A program made the translations under genes and the position numbers. A stretch of 64,000 bases of DNA from the human T2T-CHM13v2.0 reference genome, Homo sapiens, in assembly GCF_009914755.1 (NCBI RefSeq), contig NC_060931.1. One strand, 5' to 3'. Within the stretch, counting starts at the first letter, position 1; the number at the start of each line of letters is the position of its first letter. Positions 62,036-64,000 of the stretch are shown one piece after another. The notes under the pieces were generated by a model. That model was not told the DNA's origin. It worked only from the letters and a program-made list of their open reading frames with translations, and made no database searches.

Positions 62036-62675
62036 TGTAAATAGTAGGGTAAAGTCCTGGTGTCTTAATAGTATTTAGAGTAAGTGTTATGTTTAAAGAT
62101 GTGAAAGAGATGTAGACAATCATAATCAAAGAGTTGGGTACAGGAATTTTAGGTTTCAATGATGAAATAATTTCAGATTGTTACAAAGCCTGGGACTACA
62201 TTTCCCATCAAAAAAGGAGGTACTCTAATACCCCTCCAAAGACATATCACCATCATGGGGGGTGGGGATGTGCATATCGGAAGCCAGGGATGGGGGTGTT
62301 GTATAATCTTCCCGGGTGATTCTGATATCATCCCCTTCCTCCCCCAATTCCCCCAACTGGAATAGAAAGGAAATACAGTGCTTTAACATGAAAGATGTCA
62401 AGGCCAGAGAGTGGAATCATCATCTACATGGGCACTGAGGTTGTCAAGGATTGATAGCAGAACTTGGAAAGGCGAGAAAGACCAATAGCTATATCATTCA
62501 TAAGATGGGGAAATAGATTGGAGATTGTATATCTGGAGTCCATGGGTCTTAAAGGTGGCATTTTGACTTAAGGATGGAAGAATCATGATTTGGGTTGACT
62601 TGCAGGGAAGAAAGAGGAATAGCAACTCTTTCCCACACCCACTTTTCAGTAATGGGATTAAGAAAATGAACTGTC

Positions 62676-62976
62676 CGCCGGGTGTGGTGGCTCACGTCTC
62701 CCAGTGCTTTGGGAGGCCAAGGCAAGAGGATCTCTTGAGGCCAGGAGTTTGATACCAGCCTGGGCTACACAGTGAGACACTATCTATATGAAAAAAAAAT
62801 TTTTTTTAAACCCAGCCAGGTGTGGTGGCAAAGAGGCTGAGGAGGGAGGATCACTTGAGCTCAGGAGTTAGAGGTTACAGCAAGCTATGATGGCACCACT
62901 GAACTCCAGGCTGGGTGACAGAGTGAGACCTTATTTCAAAAAGAAAGAAAAGAGAGAGAGAGAGGTGGGAAGGGAG
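62676..62976 (+). mobile_element. AluJ with internal deletions and GA-rich tail
   Basis: TSD GAAAATGAACT at 62662-62672 and 62977-62987. Confidence 0.88.
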
Positions 62977-63433
62977 GAAAATGAACTCTTTCCACTTCAG
63001 AAGGCCCTCAAGTGAAATGAGACTCTAGAACAATGGCTCTTGCACCCCAGCCTCCTGTTAAAATCATGTGAGAGGGAACTTTTGAAATGCATTGATGCCT
63101 GTTGATGCTGAATCACTTGGGGGAAGGGCCAGGCCTGTTGGCAGCTTTTTAAAGCTCTCTCATAAGTCCAGTATCCAGCCTGGGGTTGACGGCCATTACC
63201 CTTGGGGGAGAGCCTGGTTTTGCTTAAGACAAGCAGGTAGAGAAGATAAGGCAATTTGGTCCAAACAAGACTAAGATACTGAAGGGTATGGGGGAAGGGT
63301 TGTCAGAAAGTACAACCATGGGGCATGAGTTTGAGGGATGGGACAGGGAGCAAACAGTAACACAGAGGGTAGTGGCTGAAAAGGACAGGGGCTGTGGGCA
63401 TACATGGCCTTGAGGGTTCAAATTACACTGTTT

Positions 63434-63484
63434 TCCAAAGTTGTTTCCATCCAAAGTTGTTGTTTCCATCCAAAGTTGTTGTTT
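63434..63484 (+). repeat. Short tandem duplication (about 19-bp unit, about 2.7 copies)
   Basis: TCCAAAGTTG(TTG)TTTCCA repeated. Confidence 0.85.
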
Positions 63485-64000
63485 GCTGGGCAGATGGACA
63501 GAGTCATAGGCAAGTTCAAGGCAGCCTTTGCACTCCACTCATTGCTTTGACCCAGCAGTTTATAGACAGAGCAAATACATGGAGTTATTAGTGCCAATAA
63601 TTAGTTATTAGTTATTAATTAGTTATTACAAGCACTAATGCTAAGCCTCTGTGTCCTAAGCAATAAAATAGAGATATCTACCTTGCAGAACTCTTGTAAG
63701 GGTTAAATGAAAAAATGGAAAGAATGAATCTATATGAATAAATTTTGTGAACAGGTAAAGCCTTACATAAACATGAGTTGTTACGTTACTGTAACATTAG
63801 GAGAAACTGGCAGTATTACCTCCACAGGAAATTACCCTTTTTTCTTAGGAATATGCCAGTTGGTCAGTTTTTAGAGGCCAGATGGGCATTTGGTGTTATA
63901 ACTAATTTCACTTTGGCTCGTGGCGTGTGCTTCCAGCCTTGTCTTTTCTCTCTAGCAAATGCTTCTTTTCCAAAGAGTGAGCCTCCTTTTTTGTTTCAGC

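Noticed and set aside
63975-64000. Pyrimidine tract plus CAG at the window end as the next exon acceptor
   Set aside because: Only one base follows, so no reading frame can be tested.

Overview
Primate (almost certainly human) genomic DNA from inside a large axonemal dynein heavy-chain gene that I recognise as DNAH11, on the + strand. Eleven coding exons (the first cut off by the window edge) splice into one open frame of about 528 codons. It covers the C-terminal part of AAA4, stalk coil CC1, the microtubule-binding domain (MTBD), coil CC2 and the segment leading into AAA5. The rest is intron: about 17 Alu-derived SINEs, old L1/L2/MIR fragments, MaLR LTRs, DNA-transposon MITEs, microsatellites and a 9x37-bp VNTR. 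There is no prokaryotic system or CRISPR array. Most notable: (1) the exon 10/11 junction has a consensus GC donor plus an in-frame GT-AG alternative shifted 4 nt at both ends (ELE-SE-KIRW vs ELE-AK-KIRW); (2) a BC200-type retrocopy; (3) a 72-bp L1PA insertion with a perfect 15-bp TSD; (4) repeat-free, motif-dense intronic blocks resembling conserved developmental enhancers; (5) exon junctions that regenerate 5' splice sites. Repeat subfamily calls were made by eye from remembered consensus sequences and are approximate; exon numbers refer to this window only.
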